Shown here one piece after another: positions 6,950 to 15,746 of a stretch of DNA of 32,000 bases. Below the pieces are notes generated by a model. That model was given only the letters and a program-made list of their open reading frames with translations. It did no database searches and was not told the DNA's origin. The position numbers and the translations under genes were made by a program. Source of the DNA: Candidatus Saccharimonadota bacterium (GTDB lineage Bacteria > Patescibacteriota > Saccharimonadia > Saccharimonadales > Saccharimonadaceae); assembly GCA_001897305.1 (NCBI GenBank), contig MKSO01000001.1, positions 360,001-392,000 on the forward strand, read 5' to 3'. Each line of letters starts with the position of its first letter. Position 1 is the first letter of the stretch.

Positions 6950-8910
6950 TTCGCCCTTCGTATGCGTTAAAGCTTGCTCGTACAAAGCTGCGTTCAAAAC
7001 GAGGCGTACTCATTGCTTCTATTATTGTTGCGAGTCTTTTATTTGCGGTACTTATTGCAATGATTATTGTCTTTACTGGGGCTGAAAAAAGTGCGACTCG
7101 TTTTATTAAGAAGGCCGGCAATGATCATTACCTTGTCATGACATCGCCAAATATACCCTTTAACCAAGTGGATTTTCAATTTCCGCTATCGCTTGAGCAG
7201 GTGCGGAGTATTAAGGCCTACGAGAAAACCTATTATGAAAACTTGCGAAATAAATATACGTCTCTTGGCCTCGACTATAATGCATCCACTGAAGTATCCG
7301 CCCTCACGCCAGCGGCTTGGGTTTCGTCAACGCTTCCAGAAGAGCAACGAGTAACTATTAACTGGTCGTCACCCGTCATTGAAGAAATGCGAAATAAAAA
7401 GTTCGAAGCATATGCTAAAACGGCCCAAAATAAACTGAGTGACCTAAAACAACTCGGCGAAAGCTACGGCGCGAAGGGCTATTATATTGTCGATAAGTCT
7501 ACTGTTATACCGTCATTTCCAAACCTGCGATACATTCAAGATGGTAAAGAGGATTTTAGCAGCATCGATCAGCGTCAAGGTGGGCCAACCCAACAAGACA
7601 CGTTTACGCATGCAATACGTAACAGTACCTATTCGTTAGTTGACCAAGAGTTATTGAGCCGCTATTTATTAACAACTCAGACCGATAGTTTGAAAGGCAT
7701 TCCAGTTGTTGTCTCGGCGCAAGAAGCGGCAGTGTTATTTGGCGGCAAACTTGGTATAGGCAAAGAGCCAGATAGTCCTACCGACAAGCGAATGTGGCTG
7801 CAAGCTATACAGGAAAAAGTAAACGGGCAAACCTATCAGGCATGTTATCGCAATTCAGCCGAGCAAGCCTTGTTGGTAAAAATCCAACAGGATTATGCCA
7901 ACATGAAAGCAAATGAGAGCACCAAAGGCTATGTGAAGCCCAGCCTCCTCTACGATTATCCAAAAGATGTATGTGGCGCTATTCCAGTGAAGGAAGATAC
8001 GCGCACGACAATCGAAAAGAATGCCGACCTAAAAGCCGAAGAAAACCAGAAGAAGCTCGGTACGTATGTGGCGCCAAGTCATCAACTTTTAACCTTCCAG
8101 ATTGTTGGTATAAAATATGCCGAACCATACCTCGACTACACCAAAAGCATTGATGAATATGTAAAGAGTTTACTTGTGGGACAGGACACTGCATCAACAA
8201 TAGCGGTACCGTTGCAAATGTACGAGACGCTTCCTGATGGATGGAAAGTCGACACTTCTCAAGAAGCAGACACGAGGGTTACCCGATACGCCACCCAGAA
8301 TGATGAGTTTAGCGCCCGTGTGCTTGAATTTAGTAGTGTAGAAAAAGCTCGCACTTTTCTTGATGAACAAACCTGCCCATCGTCGGATAGTAATTGTACT
8401 AAGAAATTTTATGGTAGTCCGTACGGCTCAAACTATCTGATTCTTGATGAAATCGGCAAGCTATTTAATAAAATAGCCGCCGTCGCCTTCCCTGCCGTAC
8501 TCGGCTTAGCAGCGATTATTATCTGGTTTACTATTTCTCGTATTATGGCAGAAAACCGCAAAGAAACGGCGGTGTATCGCGCAATGGGTGCCAAGCGGCG
8601 TGACGTGACGGGTATTTATGTTGTCTATGTGCTTCTTGTTGCCTTACAGATTGCAATTGTCTCATTTGTACTAGGTATTACGGCTGCCTTTGCTGTCGAT
8701 TATTTCTATGGAAAAACACTGACCGATACTGCCGTGACTGCATTTGGAATCATTAACGACGCTCCAGAGTTTAGTTTATTTAGTCTTGAATCGCCGCTAC
8801 TGCTTGCGGTCGTATGTTCCATATTTGGCATTAGTATTATTGCGAGCATCCAGCCCCTTGTTCGCAATGTGATGCGCAGTCCGATCCGGGATATGCGTGA
8901 CGATTCATAG
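6946..8910 (+). CDS. FtsX/MacB-type ABC permease with a very large extracytoplasmic domain
   Basis: TM1 lies at about aa 20-45, followed by roughly 460 hydrophilic residues. The C-terminal FtsX module has three TM helices (AVYRAMGAKRRDV...). It is translationally coupled to the ATPase. Confidence 0.85.
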   Translation: MIRPSYALKLARTKLRSKRGVLIASIIVASLLFAVLIAMIIVFTGAEKSATRFIKKAGNDHYLVMTSPNIPFNQVDFQFPLSLEQVRSIKAYEKTYYENLRNKYTSLGLDYNASTEVSALTPAAWVSSTLPEEQRVTINWSSPVIEEMRNKKFEAYAKTAQNKLSDLKQLGESYGAKGYYIVDKSTVIPSFPNLRYIQDGKEDFSSIDQRQGGPTQQDTFTHAIRNSTYSLVDQELLSRYLLTTQTDSLKGIPVVVSAQEAAVLFGGKLGIGKEPDSPTDKRMWLQAIQEKVNGQTYQACYRNSAEQALLVKIQQDYANMKANESTKGYVKPSLLYDYPKDVCGAIPVKEDTRTTIEKNADLKAEENQKKLGTYVAPSHQLLTFQIVGIKYAEPYLDYTKSIDEYVKSLLVGQDTASTIAVPLQMYETLPDGWKVDTSQEADTRVTRYATQNDEFSARVLEFSSVEKARTFLDEQTCPSSDSNCTKKFYGSPYGSNYLILDEIGKLFNKIAAVAFPAVLGLAAIIIWFTISRIMAENRKETAVYRAMGAKRRDVTGIYVVYVLLVALQIAIVSFVLGITAAFAVDYFYGKTLTDTAVTAFGIINDAPEFSLFSLESPLLLAVVCSIFGISIIASIQPLVRNVMRSPIRDMRDDS

Positions 8911-8994
8911 CTACCATGCCGTTGTTTGCATGATGGGGTAATGCGTAAGATTTGATTTTTTATTTTTTATGTATTTCTGATAAGCTAAGCCTAT

Positions 8995-9669
8995 ATGAAA
9001 AAACAAACAATACAAAAGAAAACTTCCTCGACGAAATCCATTAATGGTAAAAAAAGAAATCTAAAAATAGCAGCTCTAAGCGTGCTGGGTATATTTATAA
9101 TAGCTCAAGTAGCGTTTGATGTGTCAGTGCTGTGGCGGCACTTCACTTCCCTGCCTCAATCAGAGCCAGCTGTGGCAACGACGATTTTTAAATCAATTGA
9201 CGGCATGTACTCACCCTTACCGGTTGAAGCTAAAACAGGCACTTTGTATGCTTCGGCTGCTCGTCTTACTCTACCGGCGGATAATAGTAAGGATATTCTG
9301 TATTATTACAGTCCTGCCGATGGTACTGATTTGGCGGTTATTACTTTCACTACACGACAAATGATCGATACCGGAGAAAGCTCAGCGGTGAATGCGTATT
9401 TTACGACCTATGCAAAAAACTCCTTTACTTTTGATCGTGAAGGAAAAGCACTTCTCGCTTTTTTTGAGGAACTGCCGAGTTTGCAAGCCTGCGCGAGGGG
9501 TGTTCAGGTATATGAAGCGGCCCAGCCAGACGAAGACGGTTTTATTGCTCAAGGCACGAAACGTTTACAAGATGGCCGCACGCTCTATTTTTACACCGAA
9601 AAACAATGTAAGCAGCAGGCTCAGCTAAGTAGCCTTCTTGACGTTGTGAAGCGAGTGGAAAGCTTCTAA
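8995..9669 (+). CDS. Hypothetical membrane-anchored/secreted protein
   Basis: 224-aa ORF with a Lys-rich N-terminus, then the TM helix IAALSVLGIFIIAQVAF. No recognised motif. Confidence 0.55.
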   Translation: MKKQTIQKKTSSTKSINGKKRNLKIAALSVLGIFIIAQVAFDVSVLWRHFTSLPQSEPAVATTIFKSIDGMYSPLPVEAKTGTLYASAARLTLPADNSKDILYYYSPADGTDLAVITFTTRQMIDTGESSAVNAYFTTYAKNSFTFDREGKALLAFFEELPSLQACARGVQVYEAAQPDEDGFIAQGTKRLQDGRTLYFYTEKQCKQQAQLSSLLDVVKRVESF

Positions 9670-9677
9670 ACAAGCGC

Positions 9678-10285
9678 ATGACTGAGCACGTGTACGAGGC
9701 GGTTCTTATACTAGGCGGAGGTATTAATCTTGACGGCTCCCTGTCAGATGCCGCAAAGCAACAAGTGCAAAAAAGTGTCGAGGCGTATAACACTTTTTCT
9801 GTAAGGGTTTTTATTACTAGTGGTTTGTACGGCTATAAAGGGGTTGAAAAACCAATTACAAGCGAAGCAAAGGCGTATGCTCGCTACGCAGAAAGTATCG
9901 GATACCTTCAGCCGTAATATATACAGAAGAACATTCTCAAGAAACACTTGGTAATATTCTTTTTACAAAAATGGAAATCCTAATCCCGCTCGGCTTGACT
10001 CGCCTTATTGTCGTGCCGCAGGTTAATCACCTTACGGAACGTGTTGAGTATTTGTTGCAGAAAGTCCTGGGTCCTGGTTATGAGTGGAAGATTATTAGAC
10101 CAGCTGAAAACCTCGATGAACGAAACGTACTACGAGAAAAGAAATCGCTGGAAATGACCAGGCGCATTAATGATGCATTTCAAGATGGTGACCACCGGGC
10201 TATTTACAAAGGTCTTATGAAAAGCCACCCGGCGTACGGGGGCACGCTTTGGACGACGGAAGAGTTGCGGAAATTGCTGGGATAG
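9678..10285 (+). pseudogene. YdcF/ElyC-like DUF218 family gene split by a single-nucleotide frameshift near 9900-9902
   Basis: ORF 9678-9917 gives VLILGGGIN...VFITSG...SEAKAYARYAESIG and then stops. The frame of ORF 9971-10285, read upstream from 9902, gives IPSAVIYTEEHSQETLGNILFTK...LIVVPQVNHLTERV. Together these reconstitute the DUF218 pattern (GGG, sG, sEA, G-IP, E..S.nT..N, lVt..H..R). Confidence 0.7.
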
Positions 10286-10439
10286 GGTTGAATGGGTACA
10301 TAAAATAGAACTGATCCCCTGCCTACGTACGTATAGTGCACTATTAAGTTAAACTGAAACCATAATCCCCTTGACTCTATCGTCGCGACGCGACATACTT
10401 CTTAATCGCTCAACAAAGTAAAATCGCTAGTAAGTAAGA

Positions 10440-11171
10440 ATGTTTCATGAGATCTTAATACAGACATACATTTGGATAGGTTTCTTTGTGTTGATCGTCT
10501 TGCTTGTTATCAAATGGCAAGCAAATAAAAAGACGCCCGAGGATTCTAGTGTCTCTCCTCCAGAAAAAGTGAACACTATTCCGTCACAGGCTGATAAGGC
10601 CGAATTGGCTGTCGATGCAGCACTAAGAGGGCTCCAAGAAAACCGCTATTTCGTGTTTAGGGATTTAATAATACCATCATCATCTAAGAAAGTTGAACTT
10701 ACGCAAATTGATCACGTTCTAGTATGTAGGTTAGGGATATTTTGTATAGAGACAAAATCAAATCATGGATATATTTATGGCTTTACCCAAAGACAAGATT
10801 GGAAACAGTATTTGGGCTACAATGCAAAGCCATATACCTTTCATAGTCCTTATCGTCAAAATAAGCATCATGTCTCTTCGCTAGAGTTGTTGCTGGTCGA
10901 TAACCTAAAGGCGCCGATCCACTCTTATCTTGCCTTTCCTAATGCTAAGAAGGTTGTTATTAATGGTCGAATTGAAGACATGTCACCGGAAGGTGTTGTA
11001 TCTAAGATCAACAAGCACATGAATAGTATTTATGAACCTGCGGATATAGAGAGAATTGCAAAAATACTAGCCCATGCTGGAACGTTTCGTGAACAACTTC
11101 GCAACAAGCACGTGGATGATGTGAAAGCATTTATTGATGCTAAGGTAGCTGAGACATTAAAGCTTTCTTAG
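10440..11171 (+). CDS. NERD (nuclease-related domain) protein with an N-terminal TM helix
   Basis: YFVFRDLIIP...LTQIDHVLVCRLGIFCIETKSNHGYIYG...W.QYLG...SPYRQNKHHVSSLE matches the NERD core. TAGTAA lies 6 nt before the ATG. Confidence 0.75.
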   Translation: MFHEILIQTYIWIGFFVLIVLLVIKWQANKKTPEDSSVSPPEKVNTIPSQADKAELAVDAALRGLQENRYFVFRDLIIPSSSKKVELTQIDHVLVCRLGIFCIETKSNHGYIYGFTQRQDWKQYLGYNAKPYTFHSPYRQNKHHVSSLELLLVDNLKAPIHSYLAFPNAKKVVINGRIEDMSPEGVVSKINKHMNSIYEPADIERIAKILAHAGTFREQLRNKHVDDVKAFIDAKVAETLKLS

Positions 11172-11220
11172 TGATATTTAAGACGAACTGATCATATCAG
11201 CCCATCCTCAGCGTATCTTG

Positions 11221-11226
11221 TATACT
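11221..11226 (+). promoter_or_regulatory. -10 box (TATACT) exactly 6 nt before the ATG at 11233
   Basis: cttgtatact-agatag-ATG. Confidence 0.4.
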
Positions 11227-11232
11227 AGATAG

Positions 11233-11868
11233 ATGACTCGTTCAAAAAACCAACTGCTTGTAGCAACTGTACTAAGCGCCGTGGCTTTTCTTAGCCTTGC
11301 AACGGCGGTTGCGTTTAGGCTTACGCAGCCTTTTGATACGACTGCTTTGTTAAGAATTCACAGTGGCGCTACCCCGTATTGGGACTCATTTTTTATAACT
11401 ATTACGCAATTTGGTGGCAGTATTATAGTAACTATTGCCAGTATTCTTATTCTTGGAGTACTTTTGCTTTTAAAAAAGCGTCGCAAGGCCGTCTTTTTCA
11501 GCCTAGTTATGGTGGGTATGCTGCTATTGAATATTTTATTTAAAGACCTCATTGGCCGGCATCGCCCTGATGCAGCCGGATGGCTCATACCAGAAACGGG
11601 CATGTCGTTCCCTAGTGGCCATGCAACAGCGGTCATGGCTCTGGGGCTTGCGCTGTGTATTTTGCTATGGAATACATCATGGCGCTGGGCTGCTGTAGGG
11701 TGCGCAACTGCTTACATTGCAGTGGTGAGCTTTTCGCGTTTGTATCTGGGTGTGCATTACCCTTCTGATATTGTTGGCGGTTGGTTGTTGTCTATTGCAT
11801 GGGTGAGCGCGGTCGTACTGATAGTTCGTTTGCCATACCGGCACGTCGCCAAGGTTAATGAACCGTGA
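11233..11868 (+). CDS. PAP2 superfamily lipid phosphatase (undecaprenyl-diphosphate/phosphatidate phosphatase-like)
   Basis: All three PAP2 motifs are present: KDLIGRHRP, PSGH and SRLYLGVHYPSD. It is a multi-pass membrane protein. Confidence 0.85.
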   Translation: MTRSKNQLLVATVLSAVAFLSLATAVAFRLTQPFDTTALLRIHSGATPYWDSFFITITQFGGSIIVTIASILILGVLLLLKKRRKAVFFSLVMVGMLLLNILFKDLIGRHRPDAAGWLIPETGMSFPSGHATAVMALGLALCILLWNTSWRWAAVGCATAYIAVVSFSRLYLGVHYPSDIVGGWLLSIAWVSAVVLIVRLPYRHVAKVNEP

Positions 11869-12728
11869 AAACGATAATTCTATACAATCCAAACAGCACC
11901 GGCCCTAGTAAGGCAAACGCGCTTGCACTGGCAAAGCAGTTACGTGCTGCAGATATAACGGTTCAGGTAAAAGAAACAACTCACGCTGGCCATGCCGGTG
12001 AACTAGCGCAGGGGTATGCGAAGTCAAAAGAAGAGATAGCGCTCCTCTCGTCTAGCGGTGATGGCGGCTACCATGAATTAATTAATGGTGCGCTGAGCGT
12101 GCCGAATAGTAAGCTCATTGTTGGTGTTATTCCTTCTGGGAATGCTAACGATCATTACACGGCACTTGGCAGTGATGACCTAGCTGAAGCAATTATCGCC
12201 CGGCGAGTTAGTCGCATCGACACGATAAAACTTACGGGTACTCAGAAAGGACGGCCTTTTGTAAAGTACGCCCACTCTTATATTGGCATAGGCGTAACTG
12301 CTATTGCCGCTCGTCGTCTTACCGAAGAACGGCCAAGTGTTATGACCGAAAAATGGATTGTTCTTCATTCTCTCGTATCGTTTCGCTCTGTAAAGATTAA
12401 GGAAAACGGCAAGAACCACCGTTACAGCAGCTTGATATTTAGCACTATTCCTTTTATGTCAAAAGTTATTAAACTTGCGCAACAATCGTCCGTTACTGAT
12501 GGAAAGTTTGAAGTTACTCCAATTCGTTTTCGGTCAAAGCTCCGCCTTCTTCTCTATCTAGTTACAGCTGCAACGGTAGGTTTACACCATGGCATTTCTC
12601 GTAAGTTATATCGCTTTCGTACTATCCGCCCGCTCGATGTGCAGATTGATGGAGAGGTCTATAAACTCGACGGTAACTCGGTTGTCAGTATTGAAGCGCA
12701 AAAACAGAATTTACTTTGTATTTTGTAG
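11865..12728 (+). CDS. Diacylglycerol kinase catalytic-domain lipid kinase (YegS/BmrU-like)
   Basis: IILYNPNS...SSGDGGYHELINGAL...GVIPSGNANDH. The GTG start overlaps the PAP2 TGA stop (GTGA at 11865-11868). Confidence 0.8.
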   Translation: MKTIILYNPNSTGPSKANALALAKQLRAADITVQVKETTHAGHAGELAQGYAKSKEEIALLSSSGDGGYHELINGALSVPNSKLIVGVIPSGNANDHYTALGSDDLAEAIIARRVSRIDTIKLTGTQKGRPFVKYAHSYIGIGVTAIAARRLTEERPSVMTEKWIVLHSLVSFRSVKIKENGKNHRYSSLIFSTIPFMSKVIKLAQQSSVTDGKFEVTPIRFRSKLRLLLYLVTAATVGLHHGISRKLYRFRTIRPLDVQIDGEVYKLDGNSVVSIEAQKQNLLCIL

Positions 12729-12756
12729 ACACCGCTAGTATAGCGGTGTCTTTGTA
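12727..12756 (+). terminator. Intrinsic terminator after the lipid kinase gene
   Basis: agacaccgcta-gta-tagcggtgtct is a perfect 11-bp stem followed by a T-rich tract (tttgt). Confidence 0.6.
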
Positions 12757-12826
12757 AGCTACCCATCTTTATTAAGCAAAGGTGTGGTATTAATGTTGTA
12801 AAGTAGTCCTTTTTACGAAAAACTGC

Positions 12827-12855
12827 TTGTAATAAATAACAGCTCGCTCTACTAT
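12827..12855 (+). promoter_or_regulatory. Canonical sigma70-type promoter (TTGTAA, 17-nt spacer, TACTAT) for the gene at 12879
   Basis: -35 at 12827-12832, 17-nt spacer, -10 at 12850-12855. The Shine-Dalgarno sequence aggaaaag lies at about 12868-12875. Confidence 0.45.
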
Positions 12856-12878
12856 TAACGCAGAAATAGGAAAAGTGT

Positions 12879-13412
12879 ATGGGTGAACTTATAGAGCTTG
12901 GTGTATATCGTCGCAAAGAAGCCACAAAAACAGTCCAGCGATTAAATGCAATTTCTGAGATTCAACAAGTCAGTAATGGCGTGTATGTAAGCAGCGCCGC
13001 GTTCCCAAGCTACGACGTTCTTTCGAGCGGCGACTATTTAAGTGCCGCACAATTTGCGAACGCCGGTAACAGGCTTCGCCGTGATCACGAGTACGGTTAT
13101 GGAGTAATGAGCAGTATTGCTTTAAAGATGGTGCAGGCGTCCGCTGAATTCGGCCCATCGTCCGGAGAGACCGGTGTATTCCCTGTGAACTCTTATGATG
13201 ACGTCTATGCCTGGATACAGAAATTCACACAAGACCCAGCTTATATTCAAGGAGGTAGCCGCGGTCGCGTACTGCTCGATCGACATCTTGTGCATAGCGC
13301 CTTGTTAGAATCCGAAGGCGTCACCCCTATTAAGCCCGTTCCAGTTCCCGTGCTTAATGAGGGTGAACGCCAAGTCGTACGGCAACTATTCCGCCAAGAA
13401 TCTCATCTGTAA
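12879..13412 (+). CDS. Hypothetical protein (soluble, no recognised motif)
   Basis: 177-aa ORF with its own promoter-like and SD-like sequences. It is convergent with the MFS gene. Confidence 0.5.
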   Translation: MGELIELGVYRRKEATKTVQRLNAISEIQQVSNGVYVSSAAFPSYDVLSSGDYLSAAQFANAGNRLRRDHEYGYGVMSSIALKMVQASAEFGPSSGETGVFPVNSYDDVYAWIQKFTQDPAYIQGGSRGRVLLDRHLVHSALLESEGVTPIKPVPVPVLNEGERQVVRQLFRQESHL

Positions 13413-13426
13413 GTATGCCTACTGGC

Positions 13427-14860
13427 CTAGTGGCCGGCTGGCGCTCCGGCAGTGTCCTTGGCTTTCTTCACGAAGAAGACTACCAGAATTGCCAGTGATG
13501 CCGTGACGGCACTCCATAGAAATGCCACGTGTATACCTTGCGCGTAAGCGGCTGGCTGCGAAGCACCCTTGCCTAGTGCGTCGATAACAACACTGGACAT
13601 AATTGCCACGAACAAAGCAGTCCCGGCTGCAGCGGCTACTTGCTGCATGGTTGATACGGTTGCTGAACCAAACGAATATAAGTGTTTTGGCAATGAGCCT
13701 AAGCTACTCGTAAACAGTGGCGTGAATATAAAGGCCAATCCCGTACTAAACACTACGTGACCAATAAGCAGTACTGCCCAAGTGCTATGTTCGTTGAGGC
13801 TAAAGGCCAGGCCCCACAGTGATAAGGCGGTGAGGATTGTGCCCACGAGTAGTAATGGACGCGGTCCAATTTTGTCATACATGCGTCCGACAAACGGCGC
13901 TAACAACCCCATTATTAACCCACCAGGAAGCAGCAGTAACCCGCTACTAAGAACCGATAGATCGAGTACGTTTTGCATGAAAAGCGGCAGCAAAATAAAG
14001 GCTCCGAACATCCCCATCATACATACAACAAACATAATAACCGAGGCGGTAAAAGTAGGTGTTCGGAATGTATTAAGGTTAAGCAATGCTTTGTCGCTAC
14101 GTTGTAGGATAATTTGGCGCCAGATAAATACCGCCAATGCCACAACCCCAATAATAATGGGAGCGAAAACCATAGCTGTGTTTCCCCCGGCGGCTGATTC
14201 GCCAAGGCTACTGAGCCCAAACACTACACCGCCAAACCCGAGGGCAGAAAGAATAACCGAAAGAACATCAAGCGGTGCGCGGCTGGTTTTACCAACATTA
14301 TGCATACGACGAGCACCGATAATGAGCATCGTGATGGCAATCGGCAGCACAAAAATAAACAAGAATCGCCAACTAAGTTGACTTAAAATTAAGCCAGAAA
14401 TAGTTGGACCAATAGCAGGTGCAACGGCAATAACAATTGATATATTCCCCATGCGGCGGCCCAATGTTTCGTGGGCTTCGAGGCTCATTACGGTTGTCAT
14501 GAGGAGCGGCAGCATAATAGCCGTACCACTCGCCTGCACGATTCGTCCCATCAGCAATACTTCAAAGCCAGGTGCAATTGCTGCAATTGCCGTACCGGCC
14601 GTAAAGAGACCCATGGCAATAATATAAAGTTTGCGGGTTGAAATACGCTGAATAAGAAAGCCAGTCGTAGGAATAACCACGGCCATAGTAAGAAGAAAAC
14701 CAGTTGTCAGCCACTGGGCGGCGAGTGCTGAAATTTTAAGGTCACCCATGAGGTGTGGGATCGCAACACCCATGACCGTTTCGTTAAGGATCACAACAAA
14801 AGCCGAAATAATCAGCAAGTTAATAATAAGGCGATTTCGTTTTTCGGTTGTTTCAGACAT
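13427..14860 (-). CDS. MFS transporter, DHA2 (EmrB/QacA-like, about 14 TMS) drug:H+ antiporter family
   Basis: Many TM helices. The N-terminal pattern LIISAFVVILNETVMGVAIPHLMGDL...AQWLTTGFLLT is typical of DHA2. I place the start at the internal ATG at 14860 (MSETTEKRNR...), because the longer track ORF to 14977 overlaps the divergent yaaA promoter and start. Confidence 0.8.
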   Translation of the reverse strand: MSETTEKRNRLIINLLIISAFVVILNETVMGVAIPHLMGDLKISALAAQWLTTGFLLTMAVVIPTTGFLIQRISTRKLYIIAMGLFTAGTAIAAIAPGFEVLLMGRIVQASGTAIMLPLLMTTVMSLEAHETLGRRMGNISIVIAVAPAIGPTISGLILSQLSWRFLFIFVLPIAITMLIIGARRMHNVGKTSRAPLDVLSVILSALGFGGVVFGLSSLGESAAGGNTAMVFAPIIIGVVALAVFIWRQIILQRSDKALLNLNTFRTPTFTASVIMFVVCMMGMFGAFILLPLFMQNVLDLSVLSSGLLLLPGGLIMGLLAPFVGRMYDKIGPRPLLLVGTILTALSLWGLAFSLNEHSTWAVLLIGHVVFSTGLAFIFTPLFTSSLGSLPKHLYSFGSATVSTMQQVAAAAGTALFVAIMSSVVIDALGKGASQPAAYAQGIHVAFLWSAVTASLAILVVFFVKKAKDTAGAPAGH

Positions 14861-14944
14861 AATGTAATTTTTAGGCAACCTTACCAGTGTAATGGCTTTG
14901 GCGCTATTATGTAAAGGTTTTGCGACTAGTAAGTGAGGGCGGCG

Positions 14945-14953
14945 TGCTACGAT
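14945..14953 (+). promoter_or_regulatory. Extended -10 (TGcTACGAT) exactly 6 nt before the ATG at 14960
   Basis: tgctacgat-ataaaa-ATG. Confidence 0.4.
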
Positions 14954-14959
14954 ATAAAA

Positions 14960-15739
14960 ATGTATATTCTGTTGCATTCATCTAAGACTATGCGTAACGC
15001 ACAATCTGGCCATGTGCCACTCAGCAAACCTTTATTTAGTGCGCAAGCCGCAAAACTAGTGGAACTTTTTAAGGGCACCGACGCCACTACTATTCAGACA
15101 CTCATGCGTATCTCTTCTTCAAAAGTAAAGGCTGTCAAGGAATTATATGATCACTGGTCGGACGGGCCGGGTTCACAAATACCGGCAATCGATGGTTTCA
15201 CGGGAGATATTTATAGTGGCTTGCAGGTTCGTACCTGGAGTGATGACGATCGTCGCTATGCACAGAAACATTTGGTGATATTGTCTGGTTTGTATGGCGG
15301 GCTGCGGCCATGCGATGGTATTATGCCATACCGTCTAGAGATGGGGTATCGCCTACCTGATGGTCGCAGTATGTATGATTTTTGGGGAGGTTCAATCGCC
15401 TCGCTTTTGTCTGAAAAGCATCCTATCCTGAATCTCTCGGCTGTTGAGTACACGAAGGCGGTTCTTCCCTATGTTAGCGCTCAGGTTATTACTCCTAAAT
15501 TCCTAACAATTAGTCCAAAGACGGGCCAACCCACTTTTGTAGCGGTGCACGCAAAAATTGCGCGTGGTGCATTCGCGCGTTGGGTTATACAACACCAGAT
15601 TAAAGATACGGTGGAGTTAATAAAATTTAAAGAATTAGGCTACACCTATAACAAGGTAATGAGCACGAATGAGCAGCCGGTATTTGTATGCAAAGAGTTT
15701 AGCGGGCTTGGTTTGAGTGTACGGTCAACATTGATATAA
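14960..15739 (+). CDS. yaaA: YaaA/UPF0246 (DUF328) peroxide-stress family protein
   Basis: MYILLHSSKTM... (family N-terminus is M.ILLSPAKTM) and ILSGLYGGLRPCDGIMPYRLEM. The start is moved from the track's GTG at 14933 to the ATG at 14960. Confidence 0.8.
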   Translation: MYILLHSSKTMRNAQSGHVPLSKPLFSAQAAKLVELFKGTDATTIQTLMRISSSKVKAVKELYDHWSDGPGSQIPAIDGFTGDIYSGLQVRTWSDDDRRYAQKHLVILSGLYGGLRPCDGIMPYRLEMGYRLPDGRSMYDFWGGSIASLLSEKHPILNLSAVEYTKAVLPYVSAQVITPKFLTISPKTGQPTFVAVHAKIARGAFARWVIQHQIKDTVELIKFKELGYTYNKVMSTNEQPVFVCKEFSGLGLSVRSTLI

Positions 15740-15740
15740 T
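15732..15740 (+). promoter_or_regulatory. Extended -10 (TGaTATAAT) exactly 6 nt before the ATG at 15747; it overlaps the yaaA stop codon
   Basis: tgatataat-acgtac-ATG. Confidence 0.45.
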
Positions 15741-15746
15741 ACGTAC

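Noticed and set aside
10324-10399. Palindromes tacgtacgta (10324-10333) and atagtgcactat (10332-10343), and a TTGACT-17nt-CATACT promoter-like string (10371-10399) containing tcgcg-a-cgcga
   Set aside because: All are short enough to arise by chance in an AT-rich intergenic region. The NERD gene also has a TAGTAA box 6 nt before its ATG, which fits the window-wide pattern better. I cannot decide between them without transcription start site data.
13782-14381. 199-aa plus-strand ORF (and 13569-13760) inside the DHA2 MFS gene
   Set aside because: It is antisense to a long, clearly membrane-transporter frame. Its product is Pro/Arg/Ser/Asn-rich with no motif and no start-site signals.
14861-14977. 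Longer N-terminal extensions of the MFS gene (to 14977) and of yaaA (GTG at 14933) as listed in the ORF track
   Set aside because: The two extensions would overlap each other on opposite strands. The internal starts (14860 and 14960) give family-typical N-termini. The 14960 start has the TGcTACGAT-N6-ATG signal.
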